This document shows, in pieces, positions 19,084 through 30,919 of a stretch of DNA of 58,701 nt (the first letter of the stretch is position 1; each line of letters starts with the position of its first letter). This stretch comes from Hyphomicrobiales bacterium (GTDB lineage: Bacteria > Pseudomonadota > Alphaproteobacteria > Rhizobiales > CAJQND01), in NCBI GenBank assembly GCA_051010055.1, contig JBPCVY010000032.1:1-58701 (forward strand). The letters run 5' to 3'. The notes below the pieces were generated by a model, which was given only the letters and a program-made list of their open reading frames with translations, had not been told where the DNA came from and ran no database searches. A program made the translations under genes and the position numbers.

Positions 19084-19112
19084 TTTTCCACATCATGAGC
19101 GGAGCATCCACA
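19084..19112 (+). promoter_or_regulatory. Two DnaA-box-like 9-mers upstream of dnaN
   Basis: TTTTCCACA (19084-19092) has one mismatch to TTATCCACA. GCATCCACA (19104-19112) has two mismatches. Both are in the same orientation. Confidence 0.3.
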
Positions 19113-19204
19113 GCCTTGCAAACAGGCTTGCGATTCACGTTCAAAAAGGCGAAATTCACCAGCCCGGCAGCATTTTTCGCCGCCGGCAAAAGGAAGGTTG
19201 TCAT

Positions 19205-20323
19205 ATGCGTGTCACGATTGAGCGCGCAGCGCTTTTGAAGGCCCTTAATCATGTTCAAAGCGTTGTAGAGCGGCGCAACACAATCCCGATTTTGTCAAAT
19301 GTTCTGGTGAAGGCGGAAGGCGACGGCGTGCGCTTGTCGACCACCGATCTGGACATTGAAGTGGTTGAATCCTCGCCCGCCGAGGTTGGCCAGCCCGGCG
19401 CAACAACGGCGCCTGCCCATATGCTTTATGACATTGTGCGCAAGCTTCCAGATGGCGCGCAGCTAGAGATTGCCCAGGGGCCGGATGAAAACCGCCTGGC
19501 AATTCTCGCCGGCAGGTCGCGCTTTTCGTTGGCAGCCCTGCCGCCGGAAGATTTCCCAGACCTCGCCGCCGGCGCCATGCCCCATAAATTCTCCCTACCG
19601 GCAAAAGACTTGAAAGCGCTGATCGACAAAACCCGCTTTGCGATTTCCACCGAGGAAACCAGGTACTATCTCAACGGTATCTATTTGCATGCGGTTGAAA
19701 CAGAAGGCGTCGAAATGCTGCGGGCAGTGGCCACAGACGGGCACCGGCTCGCCCAGGTGCAGTTGCCCCTTCCAGAGGGCGCAAAAGGCATTGAGGGGGC
19801 CATCGTGCCCCGTAAAACAGTGCTTGAGTTGGCAAAACTGGTTGAAGATACAGACGGCGATGTGGCAATTGCCATGTCGGATGCGAAAATCAGGTTCGCC
19901 CTTGGCTCGGTTGTTCTCACGTCCAAGCTGATTGATGGAACCTTCCCCGACTATGAACGGGTCATCCCCAAGGACAATGACAAATCTCTTGAAGTCGACA
20001 CAAAACTGTTCTCGCAGGCTGTCGACAGGGTGTCGACAATCTCGTCGGACAAGGGCCGTGCCGTCAAACTCAATCTTGAAAATGACCGCATCATCCTCAC
20101 CGTGAACAACCCAGATCAGGGCTCTGCGGAAGAGGAAATCGCCGCCTCCTATGGCGCTGAACCAATCGAGATCGGATTCAACTCGCGCTATCTTCTTGAT
20201 ATTGCATCGCAATTTGAAAGCGACAGTGCGCATTTCCAGCTCGCGGATGCCGGCTCCCCGACTGTTGTGCGTGACGGCAATGATGAAACCGCGCTGTTCG
20301 TTCTCATGCCCATGCGTGTGTGA
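19205..20323 (+). CDS. dnaN: DNA polymerase III beta sliding clamp
   Basis: 372-aa translation with the conserved start MRVTIERAALLKAL… and the end …LMPMRV. It follows dnaA. Confidence 0.97.
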   Translation: MRVTIERAALLKALNHVQSVVERRNTIPILSNVLVKAEGDGVRLSTTDLDIEVVESSPAEVGQPGATTAPAHMLYDIVRKLPDGAQLEIAQGPDENRLAILAGRSRFSLAALPPEDFPDLAAGAMPHKFSLPAKDLKALIDKTRFAISTEETRYYLNGIYLHAVETEGVEMLRAVATDGHRLAQVQLPLPEGAKGIEGAIVPRKTVLELAKLVEDTDGDVAIAMSDAKIRFALGSVVLTSKLIDGTFPDYERVIPKDNDKSLEVDTKLFSQAVDRVSTISSDKGRAVKLNLENDRIILTVNNPDQGSAEEEIAASYGAEPIEIGFNSRYLLDIASQFESDSAHFQLADAGSPTVVRDGNDETALFVLMPMRV

Positions 20324-20448
20324 CCGCCAGCGCGCGGGTTTCCAACCTCGAAAATGCGATAAAACCCGGGGTTCACGGGATGTTTTCCCGGCGTTGATTT
20401 TTCGCGATTTTCCTTGCGATTCAGCGCGTTAAGCCCCATATCTAGTAT

Positions 20449-24119
<3,671 letters not shown>

Positions 24120-24214
24120 ATACCCCACGGCCCTCAGCAGGGGCCATTAAGCAGTTCGAAACCATAACCAGCTAGCCTTGCCAAAGGTTAGTTGCGTTAT
24201 GTGTTCGGGTTAGG

Positions 24215-25000
24215 ATGGGGAATTTCCGCAAAAAATGCACCTACTGGGGGTTGTTATGCACGGCGGCATTTGCGCTGTGGGCACCATCAGAATTTGCGCC
24301 AGCTCATGGTGATGAGCGCCGTGTGCAAGAATTACCCGTCGTTTATGGGGTAAAAACTGACCGTTTAGATCTGGCGCGCAACGATCACGCAAAAACCAAA
24401 CGCCGGGCAAATCATGGCCGCGTGTTCAATTCCCTGACATTTCGCACAAACACGGCAAGCGACCTTTCTGTCTGGTTCCGGGTTAAAGAAAAGATTTCCG
24501 CCGAACGGGCCGTTTATGAAATGTGCGACGGTGGCGGTTCCTTATGCGCGCCACGGCTCCGCACATGGCGCGGTGTCATAAAGTCTGCGCGCCATCTCAA
24601 CGGCACAGAACTGCTCAAATTCATGAACCGGAAGGTGAATGCCCTTGCCCCCTACCGGGAAGATAAGGGCCGCTTTGGCAGGAAAGATTACTGGGCCAGT
24701 CCGCTGGAGTTCCTGGATGCGGGCGGCGATTGCGAAGATTTCGCCATTTTGAAATATGTTTCCCTCATTGAGCTCGGAATACCAGAGGAAAACTTGCATC
24801 TTGTGGTCGTGGACGATGAGAAACGCAAGAGGGCGCATGCCCTGTTGACGGTGCAAATGGCAGGCAAAACCTATGTGCTGGACAGCCTGGAAGACAGACT
24901 GCTTAATCGCAAGAAAGCCTCACGTTTTAACCCCCGTTACTCAATAAGTGGGGAAAATCGTTGGATACACGTGCGCTACAGAAGAATAGCCGCCAGATAA
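24215..25000 (+). CDS. Transglutaminase-like cysteine peptidase, BTLCP / LapG-like (PF06035-type), paralog 1
   Basis: Signal-peptide-like N-terminus (MGNFRKKCTYWGLLCTAAFALWA…). The catalytic-triad context is DYWASPLEFLDAGGDCEDFAILKY… AHALLTV… YVLDS. Confidence 0.85.
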   Translation: MGNFRKKCTYWGLLCTAAFALWAPSEFAPAHGDERRVQELPVVYGVKTDRLDLARNDHAKTKRRANHGRVFNSLTFRTNTASDLSVWFRVKEKISAERAVYEMCDGGGSLCAPRLRTWRGVIKSARHLNGTELLKFMNRKVNALAPYREDKGRFGRKDYWASPLEFLDAGGDCEDFAILKYVSLIELGIPEENLHLVVVDDEKRKRAHALLTVQMAGKTYVLDSLEDRLLNRKKASRFNPRYSISGENRWIHVRYRRIAAR

Positions 25001-25304
25001 ATTCTGCGAATACTTTTATTTTCCTCAGTTTTTTCTTCACCTGTCGCAATTTAAAAAATCTTTGGCGAGAAAAGTGAAGAAACTACTCAATCCACTGTCT
25101 AATTTGAAACGCATACAAAGTAATTAATTTTTGTTCTCGAGTGGTTTTAGAAGGACGAGGGAATTAGCCCTCTAACCGGCACAATCATTTTACGGAATTT
25201 ATTTTGCAGACCTTTTCGATGACGGGGAAGGCAGCGGTCAATTTCGGCCCTGCCTTCTCCATATTCTCAAAACATACCGCAATTTTCACAATCGGCATCC
25301 AGCC

Positions 25305-26087
25305 ATGGTTCTCCTCGCTGGCTGTATTGAAGCCGGCGCCCAATCGGCAAATTCCCTCCAATGGCGTTTCGACCAGCAGCCACGTCAACCGCAAGCCGGC
25401 ACGGGCAAAAATATGCCCGTCAAAACCCCGCTTGATCTTGGCCGTCTGGCCCAGCCTGACCCTGGCCCGGTGGATGAGGGCTCGTTCGGAAACTTTCTGA
25501 CCATCAGAAGCAACCCGCCATCAACATCCAGCGGTTTTGCAGACGCGATGAGAAAAACAACTGCAGAAGGGCGCATTTACGCTGAATGCGACAAAAACCC
25601 GGAAACCTGCATTTCAACGCTTCGCCGCTGGCGGGGGCTTGTGAAGACGCTTCGCGATTTGAACCGCGCACAGCAAATTCAAATCGTGAATTCCGCCATC
25701 AACGGCCTCATAAAATTCCGGCGGGACAAATCAGCTCACGGGCGCATGGACTATTGGGCCAGCCCCATTGAGGCGCTGACAAATGGCGATGACTGCGAAG
25801 ATTACTCAATATTGAAGTACGTCACTCTTCGCGAGCTAGGTTTTGCTGAAGAAGCAATGCGGCTGGTTGTCATGAAGGGCACCCGCAAAAACGAAGGACA
25901 TGCCGTTTTGTCCATCGTGCACGAGGGAAAGACGATTGTTCTTGATAACCAGTTTGCAGCGCCGGTGGGCACGGAGCAGGTTTCCCATTACCGTCCGGTT
26001 TACAGCGTGAGCGGCAAAAACCGTTGGATTTACCTCGCCTACAAGCGAAGGCCGGAGCTGGCCACCATTGTTCGCACCGTCTACTAA
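25305..26087 (+). CDS. Transglutaminase-like cysteine peptidase, BTLCP / LapG-like, paralog 2
   Basis: DYWASPIEALTNGDDCEDYSILKY… GHAVLSI… IVLDN parallels paralog 1. The only in-frame start (ATG 25305) gives MVLLAGCIEAG…, which has a lipobox-like LAGC but almost no signal peptide. Confidence 0.8.
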   Translation: MVLLAGCIEAGAQSANSLQWRFDQQPRQPQAGTGKNMPVKTPLDLGRLAQPDPGPVDEGSFGNFLTIRSNPPSTSSGFADAMRKTTAEGRIYAECDKNPETCISTLRRWRGLVKTLRDLNRAQQIQIVNSAINGLIKFRRDKSAHGRMDYWASPIEALTNGDDCEDYSILKYVTLRELGFAEEAMRLVVMKGTRKNEGHAVLSIVHEGKTIVLDNQFAAPVGTEQVSHYRPVYSVSGKNRWIYLAYKRRPELATIVRTVY

Positions 26088-26100
26088 CCCGTAGCTGGGC

Positions 26101-26343
26101 CTATTTCCCGGTTTCAGAAGTGGTGAGCGCGGTCTTTTGAATTTTCTCAAGCAATTCAGTTTGTAAATTGGCGCCCTGGTCCACACTCCATTGCGGCAGG
26201 ATCAGGGCTGCAATCGCCAGTCCTGGAAGCGCAAGCGAGCCGGCAAGGCGCAGGCGCGATTGCCGCTTTTTGCATAGCTGAATTTGCGCCTCCGAAGCGC
26301 TGGCCGCCTGCGCCAGGTAATATCTTTGGTCGAGGTCCTTCAT
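26101..26343 (-). CDS. Hypothetical small protein with one predicted transmembrane segment
   Basis: 80-aa ORF with a hydrophobic stretch (LAGSLALPGLAIAALILP). There is no clear Shine-Dalgarno sequence and I recognise no family. Confidence 0.25.
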   Translation of the reverse strand: MKDLDQRYYLAQAASASEAQIQLCKKRQSRLRLAGSLALPGLAIAALILPQWSVDQGANLQTELLEKIQKTALTTSETGK

Positions 26344-26418
26344 AGCGGGGAAATTTAAATTGAAGGGTATGAAAATTTGATCCGAACCGCCGCTAAAATT
26401 TGATTCAAATTCTAGTGG

Positions 26419-26841
26419 TCAGCCAAGGCTTAATTCGCCGCTCGGCAGGATGCTTATCTCACCCGCCAGGCATATTTTTTCATAGTCGACGCCAGAAACC
26501 ACGATCATCGGCACATGAACACCGTAGAGTTTTGCCGCCGTCATGAACCCTGCGAGAATGTTGATGTCCGGTTTTTTTGTCACAACCCCCAATGGGCCTT
26601 TGCCGATGCGGACAGCTTCAGCAAGGCCAGCGGGCGTTCCCGCCGAACCGCGGCTTTCCGGAATCACCAATATCCGGCCTTCAACGGAGCACCCTACCTG
26701 CGGATGGTGCTTGTCGATAATCTTTCCGGTTCTGGGATCGAACCCGCCCCAGAAACTCAGCGGCTCAGTCAAAACAAGCAGTTTGCCGAAGGCGGAACCT
26801 GAACACAGTATTTCACCAGAGATGGTTTTTGGAAAACTCAT
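26419..26841 (-). CDS. Aconitase X swivel-domain subunit (DUF126, AcnX small subunit)
   Basis: …EPLSFWGGFDPRTGKIIDKHHPQ…GRILVIPESRGSAGTPAGLAEAV…G…P.G.V… is typical of DUF126. The ATG at 26841 overlaps the TGA of the upstream large subunit by 1 nt (GTGATGAG). Confidence 0.85.
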   Translation of the reverse strand: MSFPKTISGEILCSGSAFGKLLVLTEPLSFWGGFDPRTGKIIDKHHPQVGCSVEGRILVIPESRGSAGTPAGLAEAVRIGKGPLGVVTKKPDINILAGFMTAAKLYGVHVPMIVVSGVDYEKICLAGEISILPSGELSLG

Positions 26842-28124
26842 CACCCGCCGCCCCACAGCGTGCTTGTGCATTTTACTTCGCCGGCAATGGCGGTTTCCAC
26901 ACAATCTTCAAGACTGCCGAACGCAACTTCAACATCCAGCATGCCGGGACCGTAGTAGGCCCACTTGGCAGAGTTCGTCATAACGACACCCTTGCAACCA
27001 CGCACCGGCGGACCGAAGTAGGTGCATGTGTCTACAATGACGCGCCAGCCCAGCCGTTCCAGTTCCAAGGCCCAGCCTTTCTCATCTATAAGCGCTTTCA
27101 CGTGGCGGCTCGTCGATACATAAGCGGTAACGCCTGCCGCAATGGGCCGGCCTTCTGCAAGGTTCATAAGAGCGGCGAACTCGGTGAACGAAAAATGAGG
27201 CGTTCCAAGCGCAACCATGTTGACGCTGCCGCTATGGGTTGGCGACAGTTCAGAGCGGGCGTGCTGCATATCAGCAAGAGTGATCGTCACGGGTTCTGCA
27301 GGTTCATCACCTTGAAAAGCAACTTCCAGCGTTTCCGCTTCCGGGGTCAGGCCCACCGCGTGAAACATCTCAACACCACCCGAGGCAGCAGCTGCCGCAC
27401 TGAAGGCCTTCAGACCATCTGCATTTGTGCCCTCGGCCAGCCCGGACACGACCGGAATGGTGGACCCAGCACGCCGCCCCACGAGATATCCGGCAACATG
27501 AGGAAAAATATCCTGCCCACGCAGGCTTTGGGGCACATCATCAGCGAACTCGAACAGCATAGCGCCACGGCGGTTTTCCGTTTTGTGCAATCCCGCATAT
27601 GGCGCCCTGCCCGTCAGCGATGCACAGACATCGAGAAAGTCGCCATACTTGTTGGTCCGCGCCCCGGTAACCGAATTGTAGTAAGTCACCGCATTGGATT
27701 CTGATCCAATGATGTGATCTCCAAGCCCGGGACCGCCCGGAATTTGGTATGGGGCGCACGTCCAGACCGGGCGGCATCCCATCTTTTGGTAGAGCGGCAA
27801 AAGCTCGCGCGCACCAGCCAGATATTCCGGCGATTTGTCAGGCGGCCTGATTTCATTACCACGCACGCTCACCGGCACTGTGTTCGTCCAGGAGGGAACC
27901 TTTACCTTTGCGCCGCCATCCACCACAAAGCGGGCAAAATCCACATGAGCCTGCCCATAATAGTGACAGGAATCAATGTGAGCGAAGGTGACATCAATCA
28001 GTTCTTCCGCACCAAGCGCCGCGCCGGCACGGATCACCATTTCCATGGCAAATTGGAGAACCTGGTCCTCCTCCCCCCGCAAAAGGGCTTCGTCTTGCTT
28101 CGAAAGTTCCAGTTCAGCTGTCAT
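26841..28124 (-). CDS. Aconitase X catalytic subunit (DUF521, AcnX large subunit)
   Basis: 427 aa with …FAHIDSCHYYGQAHVDFA…SWTNTVP…CAPYQ…GSESNAVTYYNSVTGARTNKYG…VDTCTY… matching the DUF521 architecture. It is translationally coupled to the DUF126 gene. Confidence 0.87.
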   Translation of the reverse strand: MTAELELSKQDEALLRGEEDQVLQFAMEMVIRAGAALGAEELIDVTFAHIDSCHYYGQAHVDFARFVVDGGAKVKVPSWTNTVPVSVRGNEIRPPDKSPEYLAGARELLPLYQKMGCRPVWTCAPYQIPGGPGLGDHIIGSESNAVTYYNSVTGARTNKYGDFLDVCASLTGRAPYAGLHKTENRRGAMLFEFADDVPQSLRGQDIFPHVAGYLVGRRAGSTIPVVSGLAEGTNADGLKAFSAAAAASGGVEMFHAVGLTPEAETLEVAFQGDEPAEPVTITLADMQHARSELSPTHSGSVNMVALGTPHFSFTEFAALMNLAEGRPIAAGVTAYVSTSRHVKALIDEKGWALELERLGWRVIVDTCTYFGPPVRGCKGVVMTNSAKWAYYGPGMLDVEVAFGSLEDCVETAIAGEVKCTSTLWGGG

Positions 28125-28126
28125 GG

Positions 28127-29068
28127 TCAGATTGGTGAAGAGATCACGCCTTTTCCGGCAAAATACGATGCCAAATTGTCGACCACCCTGTCGCCCATTG
28201 CTTTTCGGGTTTCTATTGTTGCCGAACCCTGATGGGGCTGCAGCACCACATTGTCCATCTCAAGCAGGGCCATTGGTACGCGCGGTTCGTCTTCAAACAC
28301 GTCAAGGCCTGCAGCGCCAAGCTTGCCATTTTCCAAGGCTGCGATAAGTGCTTCCTCATCATGCACCGGCCCACGCGCAATATTGATGAATGTTCCTTCA
28401 GGCCCGAGCGCTTCCAACACTTGTTGGTTGACGATGTGATGGGTTGCCGGCCCACCAGGGCAAATGGCGATGAGATAGTCCGACATCGAAGCCATTTCCG
28501 TAAGGTCGCCATAGTAAGTATATGTTTGGCCGGGTTGCTCAGTGCGGCCTGAATAAACAATGTTGCAGCCGAACACCTCTAATTTCTGCGCAATATCTTT
28601 CCCAATACGTCCGAGCCCGAGAATGCCCACTGTCTTGCCGCGTATGCCGCGGGAAAGGGGCGGGTCGCCTTCATATTCCCAGCGCCCTTGCCGGACATAC
28701 TTATCCCATTCAACGAACCGCCGCGATGTTGTCAGGATAAATGCAATTGCCAGGTTTGCGACTTCATCGTTCAGTACATCCGGCGTGTTGCCCACCGCAA
28801 TTGCGCGCGCCTTTGCTGCGTCAAGATCAATATGATCGACCCCTACGCCAAAACTGGAGATAATTTTGAGATTGGGCAACTTGTCCATGAAGGCGCCATC
28901 CGTGCGGTAATGGGAGCCGGTGGCAACCGCTTCGATCTCCTTGCCATGTTCTGCAAACACGGCTGCTTCGTCATCTGCCGTCCACAGGCGCACGATATCA
29001 TACTCGCTCTCAAGCGCCGCCATGACATGAGGCATCATTGGCACGGTCATCAATAATTTTGTCGACAT
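28127..29068 (-). CDS. D-isomer-specific 2-hydroxyacid dehydrogenase (glyoxylate/hydroxypyruvate reductase-like)
   Basis: …GILGLGRIGKDIAQK… is the NAD-binding motif, with …INIARGPVHDEEALIAAL…GAGLDVFEDEP… and …PHQGSAT…. I chose the ATG at 29068, which is preceded by GAGGAAA. The longer ORF start would run through the divergent promoter. Confidence 0.9.
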   Translation of the reverse strand: MSTKLLMTVPMMPHVMAALESEYDIVRLWTADDEAAVFAEHGKEIEAVATGSHYRTDGAFMDKLPNLKIISSFGVGVDHIDLDAAKARAIAVGNTPDVLNDEVANLAIAFILTTSRRFVEWDKYVRQGRWEYEGDPPLSRGIRGKTVGILGLGRIGKDIAQKLEVFGCNIVYSGRTEQPGQTYTYYGDLTEMASMSDYLIAICPGGPATHHIVNQQVLEALGPEGTFINIARGPVHDEEALIAALENGKLGAAGLDVFEDEPRVPMALLEMDNVVLQPHQGSATIETRKAMGDRVVDNLASYFAGKGVISSPI

Positions 29069-29090
29069 AACTTTCCTCAGGGCAGTTGCG

Positions 29091-29124
29091 GCAAGAAAAA
29101 TAATGTATACATTCTTTTTCTTGC
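29091..29124. promoter_or_regulatory. 34-bp near-perfect palindrome in the divergent promoter region (candidate operator)
   Basis: GCAAGAAAAAtAATGTATACATTcTTTTTCTTGC is self-complementary except for one symmetric position pair. It is centred in the 90-bp gap between the starts at 29068 (-) and 29159 (+). Confidence 0.55.
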
Positions 29125-29158
29125 GCACCAACGACAAAACAAAAGCCGGGATAACAAA

Positions 29159-30889
29159 ATGGCCCCTCGGAGAAAACGCAAGCTCAGATCTACAGAATGG
29201 TTTGGAAAGCCCGGCAAGGACGGTTTCAACCATCGCAGCTGGATGAAGAACCAGGGCCAACCCGACGATCAGTTCGATGGGCGCCCGGTGATTGGCATTT
29301 GTAATTCCTGGTCTGAACTCACACCCTGCAACGCCCATTTCCGTATTCTGGCGGAGCGGGTGAAACGCGGGGTTTATGAAGCTGGCGGATTCCCGCTTGA
29401 GTTTCCTGTCATGTCGCTTGGGGAAACCTTGATGCGGCCAACAACAATGATGTTCCGCAACCTTGCATCAATGGATGTGGAAGAATCCATAAGGGCCAAC
29501 CCGCTCGACGGCGTCATTCTTCTGGTTGGCTGCGACAAGACAACACCGGCATTGGTTATGGGGGCGGCCTCGTGCGATTTGCCGAGCCTTGTTGTCTCCG
29601 GCGGGCCGATGTTGAACGGGCGCTGGCGCAATGAGCTTGTAGGCTCGGGCACCCATGTGTGGAAGTTCGACGAGATGCGCAAGACCGGCAAGATGACCGA
29701 CAACATGATGCGTGAAGCTGAATCATGCATGTCGCGTTCTATCGGCCACTGCATGACCATGGGCACGGCCTCGACAATGGCCTCGATGATGGAAGCGCTT
29801 GGCATAGGCTTGCCGCAAAATGCTGCAACGCCAGCGGCTGATGCTCGCCGCAACACCCTTGCCCACCTTGCCGGCAGGCGTATCGTTGAAATGGTGCATG
29901 AAGATATGCGCATGTCGAAAATCTTGACCCGCGCGGCCTTCGAAAATGCGGTGCGCACCAATGGCGCCATTGGCGGCTCTACCAATGCGGTGGTCCACCT
30001 GATGGCGATAGCGGGCCGGCTGGGTGTCGAGCTTTCCCTGGATGACTGGGACACCCTTGGCCGCGATGTTCCGTGCTTGGTGAACCTTATGCCATCAGGT
30101 GAATTCCTGATGGAAGATTTCTACTATGCCGGCGGCTTGCCGGTGGTGCTGCGGGAGTTGGGCGAGAACGGAAAGCTCAACAAGCGAGCAATGACCGTCA
30201 ACGGCAAAACCATCTGGTCCAACGTAAAGGATGCAGAATGTTTCGACCGGAAAGTCATCCACACTTGGAAGCGGCCTTTCAAGAAACAGGGCGGCATATG
30301 CGTTTTGCGGGGCAATCTGGCACCAGATGGTGCAGTGGTTAAGCCTTCTGCGGCAACGCCCAAGCTCATGCGCCACAAGGGCACCGCCGTGGTGTTCGAA
30401 GATATCGACGATTACAAAAAGCGCATTGATGATCCCAAACTGAAAATCGATGAAAATTCGGTCATGGTGCTCAAAAATTGCGGCCCCAAGGGCTACCCAG
30501 GCTTTCCGGAAGTTGGCAATATGGCGCTGCCCGCAAAGCTCCTTAAAAAGGGCATCACCGATATGGTCCGCATATCAGATGCGCGCATGTCAGGCACCGC
30601 TTATGGAACGGTATTGTTGCACACAGCGCCGGAATCAGCGGTTGGCGGCCCGCTGGCTCTTGTACACGAAGGCGACCTTATAGAAGTAAACGTCAAGAAA
30701 CGGCTGGTGAGACTGCATGTTTCCGAAGCCGAACTTGCTGAAAGGCGCACAGCGTTCAAACCGCAAAAACCGCCCAAGCGCGGTTATGCGCGCATTTTTC
30801 ACGATCACATAGAACAGGCGGACACAGGTTGCGATTTCGATTTTCTCGTAGGGGCATCGGGTGCGCCGGTGCCGCGTGAAAGTCACTGA
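29159..30889 (+). CDS. IlvD/Edd-family dehydratase (aldonic-acid dehydratase-like)
   Basis: …LRSTEWFGKPGKDGFNHRSWMKNQG…GRPVIGICNSWSELTPCNAH…LLVGCDKTTPA… resembles the sugar-acid dehydratase branch of IlvD/Edd. Confidence 0.92.
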   Translation: MAPRRKRKLRSTEWFGKPGKDGFNHRSWMKNQGQPDDQFDGRPVIGICNSWSELTPCNAHFRILAERVKRGVYEAGGFPLEFPVMSLGETLMRPTTMMFRNLASMDVEESIRANPLDGVILLVGCDKTTPALVMGAASCDLPSLVVSGGPMLNGRWRNELVGSGTHVWKFDEMRKTGKMTDNMMREAESCMSRSIGHCMTMGTASTMASMMEALGIGLPQNAATPAADARRNTLAHLAGRRIVEMVHEDMRMSKILTRAAFENAVRTNGAIGGSTNAVVHLMAIAGRLGVELSLDDWDTLGRDVPCLVNLMPSGEFLMEDFYYAGGLPVVLRELGENGKLNKRAMTVNGKTIWSNVKDAECFDRKVIHTWKRPFKKQGGICVLRGNLAPDGAVVKPSAATPKLMRHKGTAVVFEDIDDYKKRIDDPKLKIDENSVMVLKNCGPKGYPGFPEVGNMALPAKLLKKGITDMVRISDARMSGTAYGTVLLHTAPESAVGGPLALVHEGDLIEVNVKKRLVRLHVSEAELAERRTAFKPQKPPKRGYARIFHDHIEQADTGCDFDFLVGASGAPVPRESH

Positions 30890-30919
30890 GTTACAAACAT
30901 CCATGTAGGAGCGAAGGTT

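Noticed and set aside
24120-24214. tRNA-like T-loop sequence (AGTTCGAAACC) after gyrB.
   Set aside because: No flanking acceptor, D or anticodon stems can be drawn. It is an isolated motif only. No tRNA, rRNA, CRISPR repeat array or IS terminal repeats were found anywhere in the window.
25032-25082. Inverted repeat TTTCTTCAC…GTGAAGAAA between the two BTLCP genes as a terminator.
   Set aside because: The 9-bp arms are separated by about 33 nt of AT-rich loop with no T-tract after the stem, so it is not convincing as an intrinsic terminator. It could be a protein-binding site, but I have no supporting evidence.
26829-27704. 291-aa plus-strand ORF, and similar long ORFs at 37115-37876 (+), 37468-38118 (+), 47181-47903 (-), 48228-48884 (-), 19595-20233 (-), 4440-5066 (-), 29374-30054 (-) and 22604-23146 (-).
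   Set aside because: All lie antisense to, or out of frame within, genes with strong family-level support. Their Arg/Ala/Ser/Pro-rich translations are typical of GC-rich shadow frames.
28127-29338. Longest-ORF N-terminal extensions: 28127-29338, 10626-11933, 36191-37420, 38244-39485, 40661-42235, 49481-50596, 50560-51291, 52138-53238, 7162-7944, 965-1675 and 16252-16551.
   Set aside because: In each case an internal ATG with a Shine-Dalgarno-like sequence coincides with the conserved family N-terminus. The extension would overlap the neighbouring gene or a divergent promoter. I used the shorter coordinates.
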